Source of the DNA: Bacteroidota bacterium
GTDB taxonomy: Bacteria > Bacteroidota > Ignavibacteria > UBA10030 > UBA6906
Assembly (NCBI GenBank): GCA_040756745.1
Contig: JBFLYO010000016.1
Coordinates: 8,655-72,654 of the forward strand
Direction: 5' to 3'
Length of the DNA: 64,000 nucleotides
Shown here one piece after another: positions 9,350-18,602 of the stretch. Each line of letters begins with the position of its first letter. Position 1 is the stretch's first letter. Position numbers and translations under genes: made by a program. The notes under the pieces were generated by a model. That model saw only the letters and a program-made list of their open reading frames with translations. It was not told the DNA's origin and searched no databases.

Positions 9350-10348
9350 TCACTCCACCCTCACCGAGAGCCCCCATACCTGGGCGTCTTCCTGGCTGTT
9401 GAATTCCCAATGAGCACCGCCGTCACGACTCGCAAACAGCCCACCGTTCAGCGTGCCCGCGAAGACCACGGAAGGATTTGAGGGGAGAACAACGAGCGCA
9501 TGGACGTCCCGGTTCGTGAGCCCCTCGGAACATTGCTCCCAGTGCCCCCCTCCGTCCTTCGTCCGGTAGACCCCGCCAGCGAACGTTCCCGCGTAGACGG
9601 TGTGCGGGTCGGAAGGGTCGACCGCAAGCGCATAAACGGTCCTATCGTCCAGTCCTGCGGACCGTTGGCTCCAGTTCTTCCCACCATCCTTCGACAGAAA
9701 CACGCCGCTCTCCTCCGTCCCGGCCCAGATAATCCGCTCGTTCCGAGGGTCCTTCACAAGGACGCGGATCTCTTTTCCCCGAAGTCCGGATTGGCGCCAG
9801 GATATCCCGCCGTCCGCGCTCCGGAAGACGCCGGTCTCCGCCGCAGCAAGAAGTACATTACGCTCTCCGTCAACCCACACGACGTCCGAACAGAACCGGT
9901 GCTGCACCCCCGCCGACGTAGTCCTCCAGGTCTCGCCGCCGTCGCTCGTGACGATGGCGCCGTATGCCGTCGCAGCGGCCACAAGTCTGGGATCGCGAGG
10001 GTTGACCTTGACTTTCAGGACCTCCGTGACGTCCCACCCCGTGGTGATTCGCCAGGTCACCCCGCTGTCCGTAGAGCGCAGAACTCCGTTCCCGCACGCC
10101 GACCAGATCACGCCGTTCGATCCCGCTTCGGCGTAAAACGTGCGGATGTACTCCTCCCAGCCCCGATGGACCCACGTCGTCCCATGGTCGGAGCTGACGA
10201 AGAGCCCCACAGGAGGATTGTCGCTTGCTGCGAGGCGATGCTTCCGGGAGTTGAGGACCGACATGTAGAGAGTCTCCCGTTGCGCGAGGGCAAACTCGAA
10301 CGCCATTGCACAAGAGAGAAGCAGAGTGATGAGCCTAGAGGTCCACAT
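9350..10348 (-). CDS. BNR/Asp-box repeat beta-propeller protein, paralog B2
   Basis: ORF 9350..10414 trimmed to Met23 (MWTSRLITLLLSCAMAFEFALAQ signal peptide). Asp-box repeats STDSGVTW, TSDGGETW, SADGGISW, SKDGGKNW, TKDGGGHW, SRDGGAHW. Paralog of 6523..7557. Confidence 0.6.
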   Translation of the reverse strand: MWTSRLITLLLSCAMAFEFALAQRETLYMSVLNSRKHRLAASDNPPVGLFVSSDHGTTWVHRGWEEYIRTFYAEAGSNGVIWSACGNGVLRSTDSGVTWRITTGWDVTEVLKVKVNPRDPRLVAAATAYGAIVTSDGGETWRTTSAGVQHRFCSDVVWVDGERNVLLAAAETGVFRSADGGISWRQSGLRGKEIRVLVKDPRNERIIWAGTEESGVFLSKDGGKNWSQRSAGLDDRTVYALAVDPSDPHTVYAGTFAGGVYRTKDGGGHWEQCSEGLTNRDVHALVVLPSNPSVVFAGTLNGGLFASRDGGAHWEFNSQEDAQVWGLSVRVE

Positions 10349-12698
10349 CGATCCCCCGCGTGAGAGCAGTGCCGTCAAATCTTCCCAGCGATTTCCCGTT
10401 GACAACGACCGCATAGGTAATGTTGCCCGCGCCCCCGAATTTTACCTTCACCTTCCGTGAAACATTGACGTTGTCAAAAAGCGTGACACTGATCTTCTCA
10501 CCCGACACCGTGACGTTCGTAATCCTGCAGCCGTCTATTCCCGCACCCCAGCTGCCGTTCAGGTCGACGAAGGCGTCACCGTATTTGCCGGCAATCAGGT
10601 GAATGGAGACTACAGAGCTGCCGGTTCCCCAATGCAATCCCGTCACACCGGCGAGTTGATCATATGCGCCGTGGGCATAATTCTCTGCCGTCCTTGGCGA
10701 TTGCGGCGATTCAAACAGAGAAAACATCGACCGCAGCGCCGCCACGCTCCGTTCCAAGTATTCGCGCCGCCCTGTCAGTTCGTAATATTTCATCAGCGTC
10801 ATGGCGAAGTACCCCTGCCGTGAATCGCTCCACTCCCCGTCGGTGTTCTGCACCCCGAACCCGCCGAAGAGCTGACAGGAAAGCCATTGTGGGCTCCAGA
10901 CCTGCTGATAGAGGCAGAGATAGTCAAGGATGGCGCTGCCCGCTTCACGGTATCGTTCGTCCTTCGTCAGCTCGTACAGGCTCGCGCACGCCTCCGCAGC
11001 CATTTGCATTGAGAGGGTGTTTTGCGGCGGCTGATGCGTGACTGAATCGAAGAAGTCGACCGGTTTCTGCGAACAGGAGAAAAACGTTTCAAAGTCGTAC
11101 CAGCGCTGATGCGGCTCGATCTCCGTGAGGATGTATCTCATCGCTCGCTCTGCAGCGTCACGGTAGCGAGAATCACCGGTTGCGTTTGCAAGCTCAGAGA
11201 GCAGGAGGGCTGCACCGGCAGTTTCGCCGTTCTCGTCGCGCAACACAGGGGAGGGCTCCCCGGTTGCCGGATCGTACCAGGAGGGGATTACTCCGGTGGA
11301 GAGTTGGTGAGCTATGAGAAAGCCTCCAATCTCCTTCGCATAGTCGAGCAGTTCCTTGCCCCGTTGCGGCACCCGATCGCGCCATCGCAGGACCCAGTAC
11401 GCGGTCCACGCATTGTGGAACATCGGCAGCAGCCGGCCATTCTCGATCCCGCCCCAGCCATGGTCTGCCACCCAATGGCCGCCAGAGCTGTCGACATAGA
11501 AGATCGTCGGCCGAAGCCCCGTGCCTTTGGGCGCGAGGAGTGCGAGATTCAACACACGTTCTGCACGCTGGGCAAGGGCCGCATCCCCGTGTTCGCGTCC
11601 GTACAGATGCATTCCATACGCCGTGCGAAGAGCGTTGAACCAGACGTTGAACCAGCAGTCGTTGTCGGCCGCCTTCGGCAGGTTGTTGCTCCATGCCAGC
11701 CGCGCCTGGCGCAACAGAGTTACCGGCTTCCCCTCGTACACCGTGTCCAGCGCGACGGAGGGCATGAATTCATGCCAGGCCTTGTGGATGTAAGAGGCAA
11801 ATGGTTCGGCCTGAGGATTCACGGCCTTCTGGAAGTCGGGTTCGCCGTATTTCTCCCAGAGGAACCGGACGATCTCCCGATAGGCCTTTTTCTCCGGTGC
11901 GCCGGCAGTGAGGTAGACGAAGTAGCCGTACCCCATGCCTCCCGGTGCGATGTGCAGCGTCGCGGTATCGGCGAGCTCATAGTACACGTGCGCTTTCTTC
12001 CGTTTCCAGTGCATCAACCCGAACGAGATGAGCGGTCGCCGGAGTCCTTTCACCTGCAGGTCTGCCCCCGCCCGGATCGGACGTCCTTTCCCATCGATCG
12101 AGGAGAGATCCGGAACGATAGCCCCTGCAACGGTCCCGGTCTGGAGGATGAAGGCAGGGGAGCGGAACGAGTGATCGGCAATGACCTCATCCGCCTCCGG
12201 TCTCAGTGCCGGTGTGAACACAAACTCGGGAGTGCCGGACCGAGTCTGCGGAATAAAGGAATAGGTGGAAAGGAGCGAGGAAACGTCGCGCGACGTCTGA
12301 AACTTCATCGTTACAGCCACGCGTGCAAACCGTGAGCCCTCCTCGAGCCCGATCGTCTTGATAAGCGTGTCCCCTGCGACCGTCCCGCGAAGCTCCAGGC
12401 GCCTGTGCATGGGGGCTCCGAGCGCGGAGGCCTCGGTGAACCGGATCGCCTGCTTCCCGGCGGCCGATCCGATGGTTTGCGCCGCGCGAATCTCGTTCCC
12501 CCCTTCGAACACAAATACCCAATCGCCCCCGCGCCGTGCGTACCAGCGCTCGACGTACTCCCCTTCCTCGCGGACGAGGACAACACGGACAAGCCCATTG
12601 TCGAGCCAGATGTCGCTGTCTGCCTGACGTTGCGCATCCGCGCTCGCTGCACCATCCATGGCAATCAGGAGGATGCTCGTGTACCGGAACGCGATCAC
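10335..12698 (-). CDS. large secreted protein with probable (alpha/alpha)6 glycoside-hydrolase-like region
   Basis: ORF 10335..13094 (919 aa) has a 145-aa N-terminal extension overlapping the upstream gene. The proposed start is the GTG at 12696-12698, a GTGA overlap with the upstream stop, giving M-IAFRYTSILLIAMDGAASA/DAQ, a good signal peptide. An alternative start is the ATG at 12659. The C-terminal half contains helix-pair motifs typical of six-hairpin glycosidases (AGAALLLSELANATGDSRYRDAAERAMRYI, WYDFETFF). Confidence 0.45.
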   Translation of the reverse strand: MIAFRYTSILLIAMDGAASADAQRQADSDIWLDNGLVRVVLVREEGEYVERWYARRGGDWVFVFEGGNEIRAAQTIGSAAGKQAIRFTEASALGAPMHRRLELRGTVAGDTLIKTIGLEEGSRFARVAVTMKFQTSRDVSSLLSTYSFIPQTRSGTPEFVFTPALRPEADEVIADHSFRSPAFILQTGTVAGAIVPDLSSIDGKGRPIRAGADLQVKGLRRPLISFGLMHWKRKKAHVYYELADTATLHIAPGGMGYGYFVYLTAGAPEKKAYREIVRFLWEKYGEPDFQKAVNPQAEPFASYIHKAWHEFMPSVALDTVYEGKPVTLLRQARLAWSNNLPKAADNDCWFNVWFNALRTAYGMHLYGREHGDAALAQRAERVLNLALLAPKGTGLRPTIFYVDSSGGHWVADHGWGGIENGRLLPMFHNAWTAYWVLRWRDRVPQRGKELLDYAKEIGGFLIAHQLSTGVIPSWYDPATGEPSPVLRDENGETAGAALLLSELANATGDSRYRDAAERAMRYILTEIEPHQRWYDFETFFSCSQKPVDFFDSVTHQPPQNTLSMQMAAEACASLYELTKDERYREAGSAILDYLCLYQQVWSPQWLSCQLFGGFGVQNTDGEWSDSRQGYFAMTLMKYYELTGRREYLERSVAALRSMFSLFESPQSPRTAENYAHGAYDQLAGVTGLHWGTGSSVVSIHLIAGKYGDAFVDLNGSWGAGIDGCRITNVTVSGEKISVTLFDNVNVSRKVKVKFGGAGNITYAVVVNGKSLGRFDGTALTRGIDVDL

Positions 12699-14314
12699 CA
12701 CCGTACCCGCTTCAGGATCTTCGCCATATTGCGGCCGAACATGTCTTTCTTCTCTTCCGTCGTGCAATGCGTGTACGCCATCCATCCGAACTGCGGGATC
12801 GGGTCGCGCATCGGTTGATCGGTCCCGAACAGCACCCGCTGCGCCCCGACATGCTTCACCATGTATTCGATGACACCGAGCGTCACGGCCGTCAGCGTGA
12901 TCTCCAGGGCGATATTCGGAAACTTGAGCGCCGCCTCGATTCCCTGGCGCGCGGTGGCATATGACGAGCCGCAGTGGGCGATGATGAACATGATCTCCGG
13001 GTAGCGGGGTGCGATCTCGTTGATCTCCTGCGTGAAATTCGGGGAGGGATGCATGAGCGCATATGCCCTCATCCTGTTCCCGTATTCGAACCACAGGGCC
13101 CAGGCCGGATCATTGTAGGGGATGCCGGTGCGCGGATTGTACGGCTTGATCCCTCCCATCCGGTAGGTCTGGTGCACTTTCTTCAGTTCGCGCGGCCAGT
13201 CCTTCACGTATTGCGGCTGCAATGTCGCATATCCCTCATAGTAGCGGGGAAAATCCTTCATCGCCTTCCTGACGATCTCATTGCCGTCCTCGTAATCAGC
13301 CCAGACGCCGATCCATGCACTGATACACTGCTTATCGATGCCCATCGTGCGCGCCCGTTCCACCATGCTCGCCGCGTCCGAGTGCGGCTGATGCATGAAC
13401 CCCGTCCCGACCGCCCCATCGTGCGAAATGTGCGCATGCGCGTCGATCACCAGCATGTCGCGCAGCGGCCTTCCCTGCTTCGCGAGCGCGAGGATGGGCT
13501 CCTCCTTCTTGTGCGGATAGGGAGGCGGCAGCTTTTCGATCCGGAGCAGACGGGCGAGGTTTCCCCCGGCGATCATTGCCTTGTCGTCGTCGTTCAATGT
13601 GCAGTAATCGACGAACGCTTTTGCCGCCCCCGGGGATTTTTCGAGCGCCCCGGTCCCGAAGAGGATCCTGTCGGCGCCGAACCAGCCGGCAAACACCTCC
13701 ATCGCGCGGTTCCCCTGGTGGCTGGAGAGCTCCAGATACAGGTTCCGATGCTTCGTCATGAGCGTGTGCAGAAACCGGGTGGAATCCCAGCGCGAACCCT
13801 GGAGGAGGACGCGCAGGTCGGGGTGCCGTGTGAGGACGGCATCCAGATCCGAGAGGAGTACCTGGTTCACCGGCTCCATCACTTCGACGCCGTACATAAA
13901 CCCGCCGTCCACCAGCAGCAGGATCTCTTCCCGCTCGAGCTCGGAGAGCAGATCGCCGCAGGTGTCCTCGTTGAAGAAATAATGATGCGTCTTTGGATAC
14001 ATCTTGACGGCGCGGATCTGATGCGAACGCATTTCCTCAACGACCTCCCGGGGGGGCGGCATTTCGCCTGTATGGTGGGGCATGACTGACCAGACACCCA
14101 ACAGCCGCGGGCTCTTCTTCAGCTCATGAACGAGCTTCCGGTTGCCGTACGCCGGGTCGTACTCCTTGCCAAGCCCGTGAGTGATGAGCGCGCCCTGGAT
14201 CCCGCACCAGGCCATCTCATCGAGCAACACCTCGGTTTCCCAGGGTGTCTCGACATCCTTCGGCCCCCGGCGGCCCACCATTGCGTTGCAGTCGATGTAC
14301 ACTCTCTCGGGCAT
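12695..14314 (-). CDS. tandem amidohydrolase-2 (metal-dependent TIM-barrel hydrolase) domain protein
   Basis: ORF 12695..14473 trimmed to Met54 (MPERVYIDCNAMVG), 4 nt after the upstream stop. The second half carries the VIDAHAHIS amidohydrolase_2 metal-binding motif. The first half has the analogous IDCNAMVG start, so it is an internally duplicated domain. Confidence 0.6.
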   Translation of the reverse strand: MPERVYIDCNAMVGRRGPKDVETPWETEVLLDEMAWCGIQGALITHGLGKEYDPAYGNRKLVHELKKSPRLLGVWSVMPHHTGEMPPPREVVEEMRSHQIRAVKMYPKTHHYFFNEDTCGDLLSELEREEILLLVDGGFMYGVEVMEPVNQVLLSDLDAVLTRHPDLRVLLQGSRWDSTRFLHTLMTKHRNLYLELSSHQGNRAMEVFAGWFGADRILFGTGALEKSPGAAKAFVDYCTLNDDDKAMIAGGNLARLLRIEKLPPPYPHKKEEPILALAKQGRPLRDMLVIDAHAHISHDGAVGTGFMHQPHSDAASMVERARTMGIDKQCISAWIGVWADYEDGNEIVRKAMKDFPRYYEGYATLQPQYVKDWPRELKKVHQTYRMGGIKPYNPRTGIPYNDPAWALWFEYGNRMRAYALMHPSPNFTQEINEIAPRYPEIMFIIAHCGSSYATARQGIEAALKFPNIALEITLTAVTLGVIEYMVKHVGAQRVLFGTDQPMRDPIPQFGWMAYTHCTTEEKKDMFGRNMAKILKRVRW

Positions 14315-14318
14315 GAGC

Positions 14319-15575
14319 TCACCACCAGAATGGTTTGACCGAGTCGCGCTCTTTCGGTTCAGCTTCGAGGGCACGCTGCAATGCCCTGCGGGATTTTTCG
14401 AGGGCTTCGTCGATGTCGGCCGGTTTGTGCGAATAGGAAATGAACCAGCGCGGGTTGGCAAATATGCCCTCACGATACAGCTCGCGGTGCCAGAGAAACT
14501 CCAGGCGTGCGTGGTAGTCGGGATCGCGGTGAACGAACTTCAGAAACGGGGCAGCAGGGAGTCCCGCGGCGTGTCCCTCGACGCCCAGATCCTTCACCAT
14601 CATGTCGAACCCCGCCATCAATCGCTCCCCCATGGCCCGCAGATGGTCGTGCACGTTCTCACGCATCATGATATCGAGCGTGGCCGCCGCGGCAGCAAGT
14701 GATAGGGTCTCCCCCGCATATGTTGTGGTCATCCTGAACGAGTTAAGCGTCTCCATCAACTGACGCTTCCCGCAATAGGCGGAGAGAGGGAACCCGTTGG
14801 CCAGTGCCTTGGCGTAGCTGACGAGATCGGCATCGACGCCGAAGAACTCCTGTGCCCCGCCCCGTGCAAGCCGGAAGCCCGTCAGCACTTCGTCAAGAAT
14901 AAGAACGATGCCCTCTTTCTGTGTGAGGGCGCGAAGAGTCCTGATGTACGTACCGCTCGTGTCCTCATTGAAATCGTACGGGACGGAAATGACGCAGGCA
15001 AGACGGTCGGCGTATTGCTTGATGAGACGTTCCGCGGCGTCGCAGTCTCCCCACGGAATGGATTTCACGTAGTCGCGCAGGACTTCGGGCACGCCGTTGC
15101 CGGGACTCCCCTCCGCCGAAAACCAGTCGGGATAGCCGTGGTACCCGCTGATCAGCATCATGTCACGCTTCGACCATGCGCGCGCGATTCTCACGTTGCA
15201 CATGTTTGCATCTTCGCCCGTCTTCATGAACCGGACCATCTCCGCGTTGGGGACGATCCGGTTGATCCGCTTTGCAACCTCCAGCTCGATCGGGCTTGCC
15301 ATGCTGAAGAGCACCCCCTTTGCAAGCTGCTCACGCACCGCGTTGTCCACTTCGTCGTAGCAGTAGCCCAGTGTCACCGGCCCGAGGGCCAGGCGGAAAT
15401 CGACGTACTCCTTCCCTTCCATGTCCCAGAGCCGGCACCCCTTCCCGCGGACGATGAACTTCGGCATCGTCTCCTGGAAGAACGGGTACGGACGTTTGGC
15501 GTTGGTCTGAGTTCCCCACGGGATCAGGCGGAGCGCTTCCTCAAAGTGGCGGTCGGACGGCTTCATGGTCTTCAA
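14319..15575 (-). CDS. class III (glutamate-1-semialdehyde aminomutase-like) PLP-dependent aminotransferase
   Basis: 418 aa. LILDEVLTGFRLARGGAQEFFGV and the surrounding fold are typical of the HemL/class-III aminotransferase family. ATG overlaps the upstream stop (ATGA). Confidence 0.8.
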   Translation of the reverse strand: MKTMKPSDRHFEEALRLIPWGTQTNAKRPYPFFQETMPKFIVRGKGCRLWDMEGKEYVDFRLALGPVTLGYCYDEVDNAVREQLAKGVLFSMASPIELEVAKRINRIVPNAEMVRFMKTGEDANMCNVRIARAWSKRDMMLISGYHGYPDWFSAEGSPGNGVPEVLRDYVKSIPWGDCDAAERLIKQYADRLACVISVPYDFNEDTSGTYIRTLRALTQKEGIVLILDEVLTGFRLARGGAQEFFGVDADLVSYAKALANGFPLSAYCGKRQLMETLNSFRMTTTYAGETLSLAAAAATLDIMMRENVHDHLRAMGERLMAGFDMMVKDLGVEGHAAGLPAAPFLKFVHRDPDYHARLEFLWHRELYREGIFANPRWFISYSHKPADIDEALEKSRRALQRALEAEPKERDSVKPFWW

Positions 15576-17590
15576 CCGATGACGATCTTCGGAACAGGTG
15601 TCCGGGGATCAATTGAGACGTCGATCTGCCGACCGTTATGGCTCCCCTTCACATTCCATGTCTCCTTCTCCCGCGTCACGGAAAGGGTTCCATGCTCGCC
15701 TCCCGTCTTCTGCGCGGTGCACACCGTGAGGATCATGTGCTCATTTGCCGGAGCGGATTCCGCTTCGGCATAGGGATGAATCCCCTTGTCGGGCGGCAGG
15801 TTATGCGAGGCCGTGCGAACCGTGACGGCCTGCGATCCCGAGATTGCCGCCTGGAGATTTGCAAGGGGGCGTTGAACCCCGAACGAAGCCCCCTCGGCGT
15901 TCACCGTTCCTTTGCCGTCTGAATTGTCAACCTGGAACCGGAGCTGGACCGGCAGCGGGTCTCCCTGTAGCTGCACACGGTCGAAGAGGAGCAGCACATC
16001 GGGCTTCAGGAACACGAGAGTTCTCTGAACCAGCGCGATGTTGTTGTTGACCAGACGATACGCGTCGGTGGCATCGCTCGTTACCGTCATCGCCTTCGTC
16101 GAATGCGAATAGTCCAGAATGCGCGCCTCGGCCCACGATGCGTTGGTCCCTTCGTGGCCGTTGTGATACTGGTGTCCTTTGCCATCGATGAGTACCGCCG
16201 TATGCGCCGACGTGAGCCGGAGGATCCAGTGTGGGTCGGTATACGCGTACGCAGCCCTGTACGGGTCGTGGAACAGCCGTTCGCCGTATGCCTTGAAGAT
16301 GATGCTGTTCCGATCGGCATGTTCGTGGTTCGCGGGTCCGCCGCTGCGCAGCGCGACGAGGCCGTCGGTGGGCTTCCAGCCGCTGCGGGAGACCACCCAG
16401 TCATCGGAGAATCGCACGTCCAACTGATCGGGGCCGGGCTTGCGCACCGGGAGGTCCGGGTCGAGCCAGATAATAGAGAAGTGGCTGGTGAGCTGACCGA
16501 CCTCCGTCGCGACGTACTGGGCGATGGAGTCTTTGAACCGCCTGGCGACCCATGCCGCAACTGCGACATCCCCCATGTTCCAGGCATCACCGAAGTTCAC
16601 GCAATCGTTTGGACGATCCGGCAGCGGCATGGCCATGCTGAGGCCGTACCGGACGGTGCCGGGATAATTGATGATGGTGCTCAGATCGGTCCTCTGCGTG
16701 CGCCGCACGGCTTCGACCAGCAGCGTGAGGTGCGACGCGGTATATCCCCAGTACCCCACCCCTTCGTCATAGGCACCATCCGGACCGAACATCGGCGCGA
16801 ACGCCTTCGCGCTCTGGACTGCCATATCGATCCATCGCTCGGCCTGGGGGTGCTTGCCACGGAGGAGACAGCCGGCCAGTCCGAGGCCGGCAATCGGAAT
16901 GACCTTGAGGTTGGTTGCATTCAGGATGAACGGCCACCGGCTCAGGTCGAAGCGGTACGGATAATCATCTTCCGGGTCAAACCCCCATCCGCGCACCCTG
17001 TCGGGATATTTCATGCCATACAGGGTGCGGTAGCAGGCCGGGGCTCCTTTCTCTGCGATCTGCTTCTCGATCTCGGCGGCGGTCTCTGTGTTCAGGAGCG
17101 GGCCGAGCCATTCGCGGGCGCATGACATGGCGATCGTCGCCTCGGGTGCGCGCTGAAGCCCGATCACCTCCTCTCCCCCCTCAAGGAAGTAGTCCCACTT
17201 GGGATATTCGAGAATCTTGTTGGCGGCTGCGAGCGCGACCTCTCCCTGCTTCCGGTCTCCCGTCACCGCAAAGACGAACGATGTGCGTTCCAGGATCTGG
17301 CGCACCTGAAGCATGTCCTTGACGTGATTATTGAACCGGACGCTCTCGCGCAGGAACTTTGCATCGGCATCGAGGTTGGCGTTGACCAGGGACTGCCAGT
17401 AGGGGACGACGCGAGGATGCCTGACCGCCCTGCGAATCCTCGGGAGGTCCGAGGCATCGAAGAGCAGGCCCTTGACGCGGGGCGAGGGGTCTTCAGTCGG
17501 GATCAGCGCAGCACGTGCCCCGGAGGGGATGAGTGAGACGCCCGCAGCGATCCCGGTGGCGCGGAGGAATTCTCGTCTGGAAGGGGGCAT
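15572..17590 (-). CDS. heparinase II/III-like polysaccharide lyase family protein (Tat-exported)
   Basis: 672 aa. Twin-arginine signal MPPSRREFLRATGIAAGVSLIPSGARA. Helix-rich N-terminal toroid-like half. C-terminal half has the H-x-H-x-D motif (ANHEHADRNSIIF) typical of the Hepar_II_III domain. Confidence 0.6.
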   Translation of the reverse strand: MPPSRREFLRATGIAAGVSLIPSGARAALIPTEDPSPRVKGLLFDASDLPRIRRAVRHPRVVPYWQSLVNANLDADAKFLRESVRFNNHVKDMLQVRQILERTSFVFAVTGDRKQGEVALAAANKILEYPKWDYFLEGGEEVIGLQRAPEATIAMSCAREWLGPLLNTETAAEIEKQIAEKGAPACYRTLYGMKYPDRVRGWGFDPEDDYPYRFDLSRWPFILNATNLKVIPIAGLGLAGCLLRGKHPQAERWIDMAVQSAKAFAPMFGPDGAYDEGVGYWGYTASHLTLLVEAVRRTQRTDLSTIINYPGTVRYGLSMAMPLPDRPNDCVNFGDAWNMGDVAVAAWVARRFKDSIAQYVATEVGQLTSHFSIIWLDPDLPVRKPGPDQLDVRFSDDWVVSRSGWKPTDGLVALRSGGPANHEHADRNSIIFKAYGERLFHDPYRAAYAYTDPHWILRLTSAHTAVLIDGKGHQYHNGHEGTNASWAEARILDYSHSTKAMTVTSDATDAYRLVNNNIALVQRTLVFLKPDVLLLFDRVQLQGDPLPVQLRFQVDNSDGKGTVNAEGASFGVQRPLANLQAAISGSQAVTVRTASHNLPPDKGIHPYAEAESAPANEHMILTVCTAQKTGGEHGTLSVTREKETWNVKGSHNGRQIDVSIDPRTPVPKIVIG

Positions 17591-17591
17591 G

Positions 17592-18602
17592 TTAATTGAG
17601 AAGCGATTGAACGTCGATGACGGCCGCGCGTGCGACCGATTGCGTCATGGCTTCGATGACGGCCAGGGCACGGAGGCCTTCTTCTCCCCCCGTTTCGGGC
17701 GCGCGGCCGGTCAGCACACACTCTCCGAACTCGCGCATTTGCAGGATATAGCTCTCCGCCCCCTCCGTGCTGAAATCTTCGTCCGTCGTTCCGGTCGTAA
17801 CGCCTCCTTCGACCCGTTCGAGCCGGAGCGACGTTGGGCCACAGTGCAGAAGTCCCCGGGTGCCGTAGATCCTGAGGAAGTAGGCATCCGGCGACACATA
17901 GTACGAGGAGAGCACCACGGGGATGCCTGAGTCGAGCATCAACAGGGCGGCAGTCGCATCAAACACACCGCCGGGCATGGCAACATTCGAGGCAAGACAA
18001 CTCACGCGCCGGACCGGTGAAAGCAGATAGGCGATTGTGTCGACAAAGTGAATCCCCAGCTGCATCATGGGAAGCAACGGACATCGAGCCGGATCAGCCT
18101 TCCAGGTCGGGAGTCCCGGCAGGATGCCGGCAGGGCGGGAGACGTTCGCCTCCACACCAACATATGTGCCGAGCGTACCCTGATCAAGGAGTTCCTTTGC
18201 GCGGCGGAACACTTTGCGCCGCCGGGTGTTGTGGCCCACCATCAGGGTCATCCTGGCCTCATGCATCGCCGCGATCATCGCACGCCCTTCAGCTATGGTG
18301 TTGCCGATCGGCTTTTCCACGAACACATGCTTCCCCACGCGCGCCGCAGCGATGACTTCGTCGCAGTGAAGGTGATTCGGCGTCACCAGCGCCACAGCAT
18401 CAATCCCCGGGTCATTGACGAGATCATCGAACCCTGTGGCAATCCGAGCACCTGTGGCGTTTGCTGCGGCCGAACATGCCGCAGCGTCGGTATCGAAGAG
18501 TGAGACCAGGCTGAGGTTCCCCGCGGCCTGTATGGCATTGAGGATGGTCGCCCCGTGATTGGCGACCCCCACCTGGCCGATGCGGACGCGAGTTGCAGTC
18601 AT
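17592..18602 (-). CDS. Gfo/Idh/MocA family NAD(P)-dependent oxidoreductase
   Basis: 336 aa. N-terminal Rossmann IGQVGVANHG and the EKP motif (VFVEKPIG) are diagnostic of the family. Confidence 0.85.
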   Translation of the reverse strand: MTATRVRIGQVGVANHGATILNAIQAAGNLSLVSLFDTDAAACSAAANATGARIATGFDDLVNDPGIDAVALVTPNHLHCDEVIAAARVGKHVFVEKPIGNTIAEGRAMIAAMHEARMTLMVGHNTRRRKVFRRAKELLDQGTLGTYVGVEANVSRPAGILPGLPTWKADPARCPLLPMMQLGIHFVDTIAYLLSPVRRVSCLASNVAMPGGVFDATAALLMLDSGIPVVLSSYYVSPDAYFLRIYGTRGLLHCGPTSLRLERVEGGVTTGTTDEDFSTEGAESYILQMREFGECVLTGRAPETGGEEGLRALAVIEAMTQSVARAAVIDVQSLLN

